DNA from: Callorhinchus milii
Taxonomy: Eukaryota
Length of the DNA: 64,000 nt
Direction: 5' to 3'
Assembly: GCF_018977255.1 (NCBI RefSeq)
Contig: NW_024704742.1
Span: 59,088,001-59,152,000, forward strand
Both the position numbers and the translations under genes were made by a program. Shown here piece by piece: positions 63,184-64,000 of this stretch. Position 1 is the first letter of the stretch. Every line of letters starts with the position of its first letter. Below the pieces are notes generated by a model. That model saw nothing but the letters and a program-made list of their open reading frames with translations, ran no database searches and was not told the DNA's origin.

Positions 63184-64000
63184 ATTCAAGTCTTTAAAAT
63201 ACCGAGCAACACAGTTGATTTAGAAGAAAGATGTGTGCAATCAGGATATTCAAGTTCTTGCTAGAAAGACAGAGATGTAGAAGAGTCAGGTTTAAAACTA
63301 ACAAGTCTCAAGATAGAATAGATGTAAGAAGAAACTTTTTCATCCCCACGGACTAGTTGATATGTGAAATAGACTCTCAGCAAATGCACTTGATGCTGTG
63401 TCAATTAATTCCTTCAAAAAGAAACTGAATATATTTATATTTATACATATATATATGCCTAGGGATAAGAATGGAAGTTATTGGGATAGATTGAAATGCT
63501 CAAATACTCCATGGGATATCATGGGCCGTACTACCTGGGGCTAGAGGGAAAGGTAGAGATTGTGCCAGGAAAGATGTTTTTGAAGAGTGAACCCAGAAAT
63601 ATTCTATCTCTACCATTGCGTTTGGTAACGTGCGGATCAAGAAGCACTTAGGGATGATGATTTCACAGGTTGGGTAGTGTTCATGTAAGGCAAGAAAAAT
63701 AATCCTTGAATTTGATATGACACTTTACCACAGTACTCCCTGTTTACTCCATTTTCTTAAAATTCAATGTACAGCTGTGTATAGATCTCCTTTTATTTTT
63801 AAGAAACTTCCTCTTAGTTTAAAAAAACTGAGAGAGACCTTGGTTATTAGCTGACTTGTTACTTACTATAGAGTTGAAATTCATTGCATTTACCCTGAAG
63901 AGAAAAATGAACAGACAACAACAGCAGAAAAGAGGCACTTTAGTGAGGCAGCCACGATTGTTCTAGCCAAGGGCATAGTGAAGATTGAGATGCATGTTTT

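Larger units (their letters stand above)
62020..63530 (+). mobile_element. Highly degenerate CR1 fragments (62020-62290 and 63240-63530) split by SINEs
   Basis: GCAGATGAATTTTAATGCAAATAAATGCAAG (QMNFNANKCK), KHLGAIINHSLK, and the CR1 C-terminal GATGTAAGAAGAAACTTTTTC..AATTCCTTCAAAAAGAAACTG. Confidence 0.6.

Noticed and set aside
1..64000. CRISPR array, operon or other prokaryotic/viral system
   Set aside because: No regularly spaced repeat-spacer array and no gene-dense segment; the content is eukaryotic repeats and unique non-coding DNA.

Overview
Vertebrate, AT-rich, repeat-dense intronic or intergenic DNA. The repeat inventory (L2- and CR1-clade LINEs, Deu-domain tRNA SINEs, Penelope-type remnants, an LF-SINE-like element) points to a cartilaginous fish; this taxonomy is inferred from my memory of repeat families. 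I could not recognise any host protein-coding gene. The only long ORF (1946-4060) is the reverse-transcriptase part of a young, 5'-truncated L2 LINE with an apparent 7-bp target-site duplication. Most other ORFs are antisense or alternative frames of repeats, or chance ORFs. The main items for follow-up are: (1) two SINE copies 25.6 kb apart sharing the same ~200-bp non-SINE extension beyond their 3' tail; (2) minimal type I hammerhead ribozyme motifs in Penelope-derived remnants; (3) a flank-donated in-frame ATG and splice-acceptor-like site in front of the intact RT ORF; (4) a near-perfect tail-to-tail SINE hairpin; (5) an unclassified dispersed repeat with at least five copies; and (6) a young SINE subfamily whose tail loop matches the young L2. 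I found no firm evidence of a wholly new biological system. Repeat boundaries are by eye, usually +/-10-30 bp, and identities are visual estimates.
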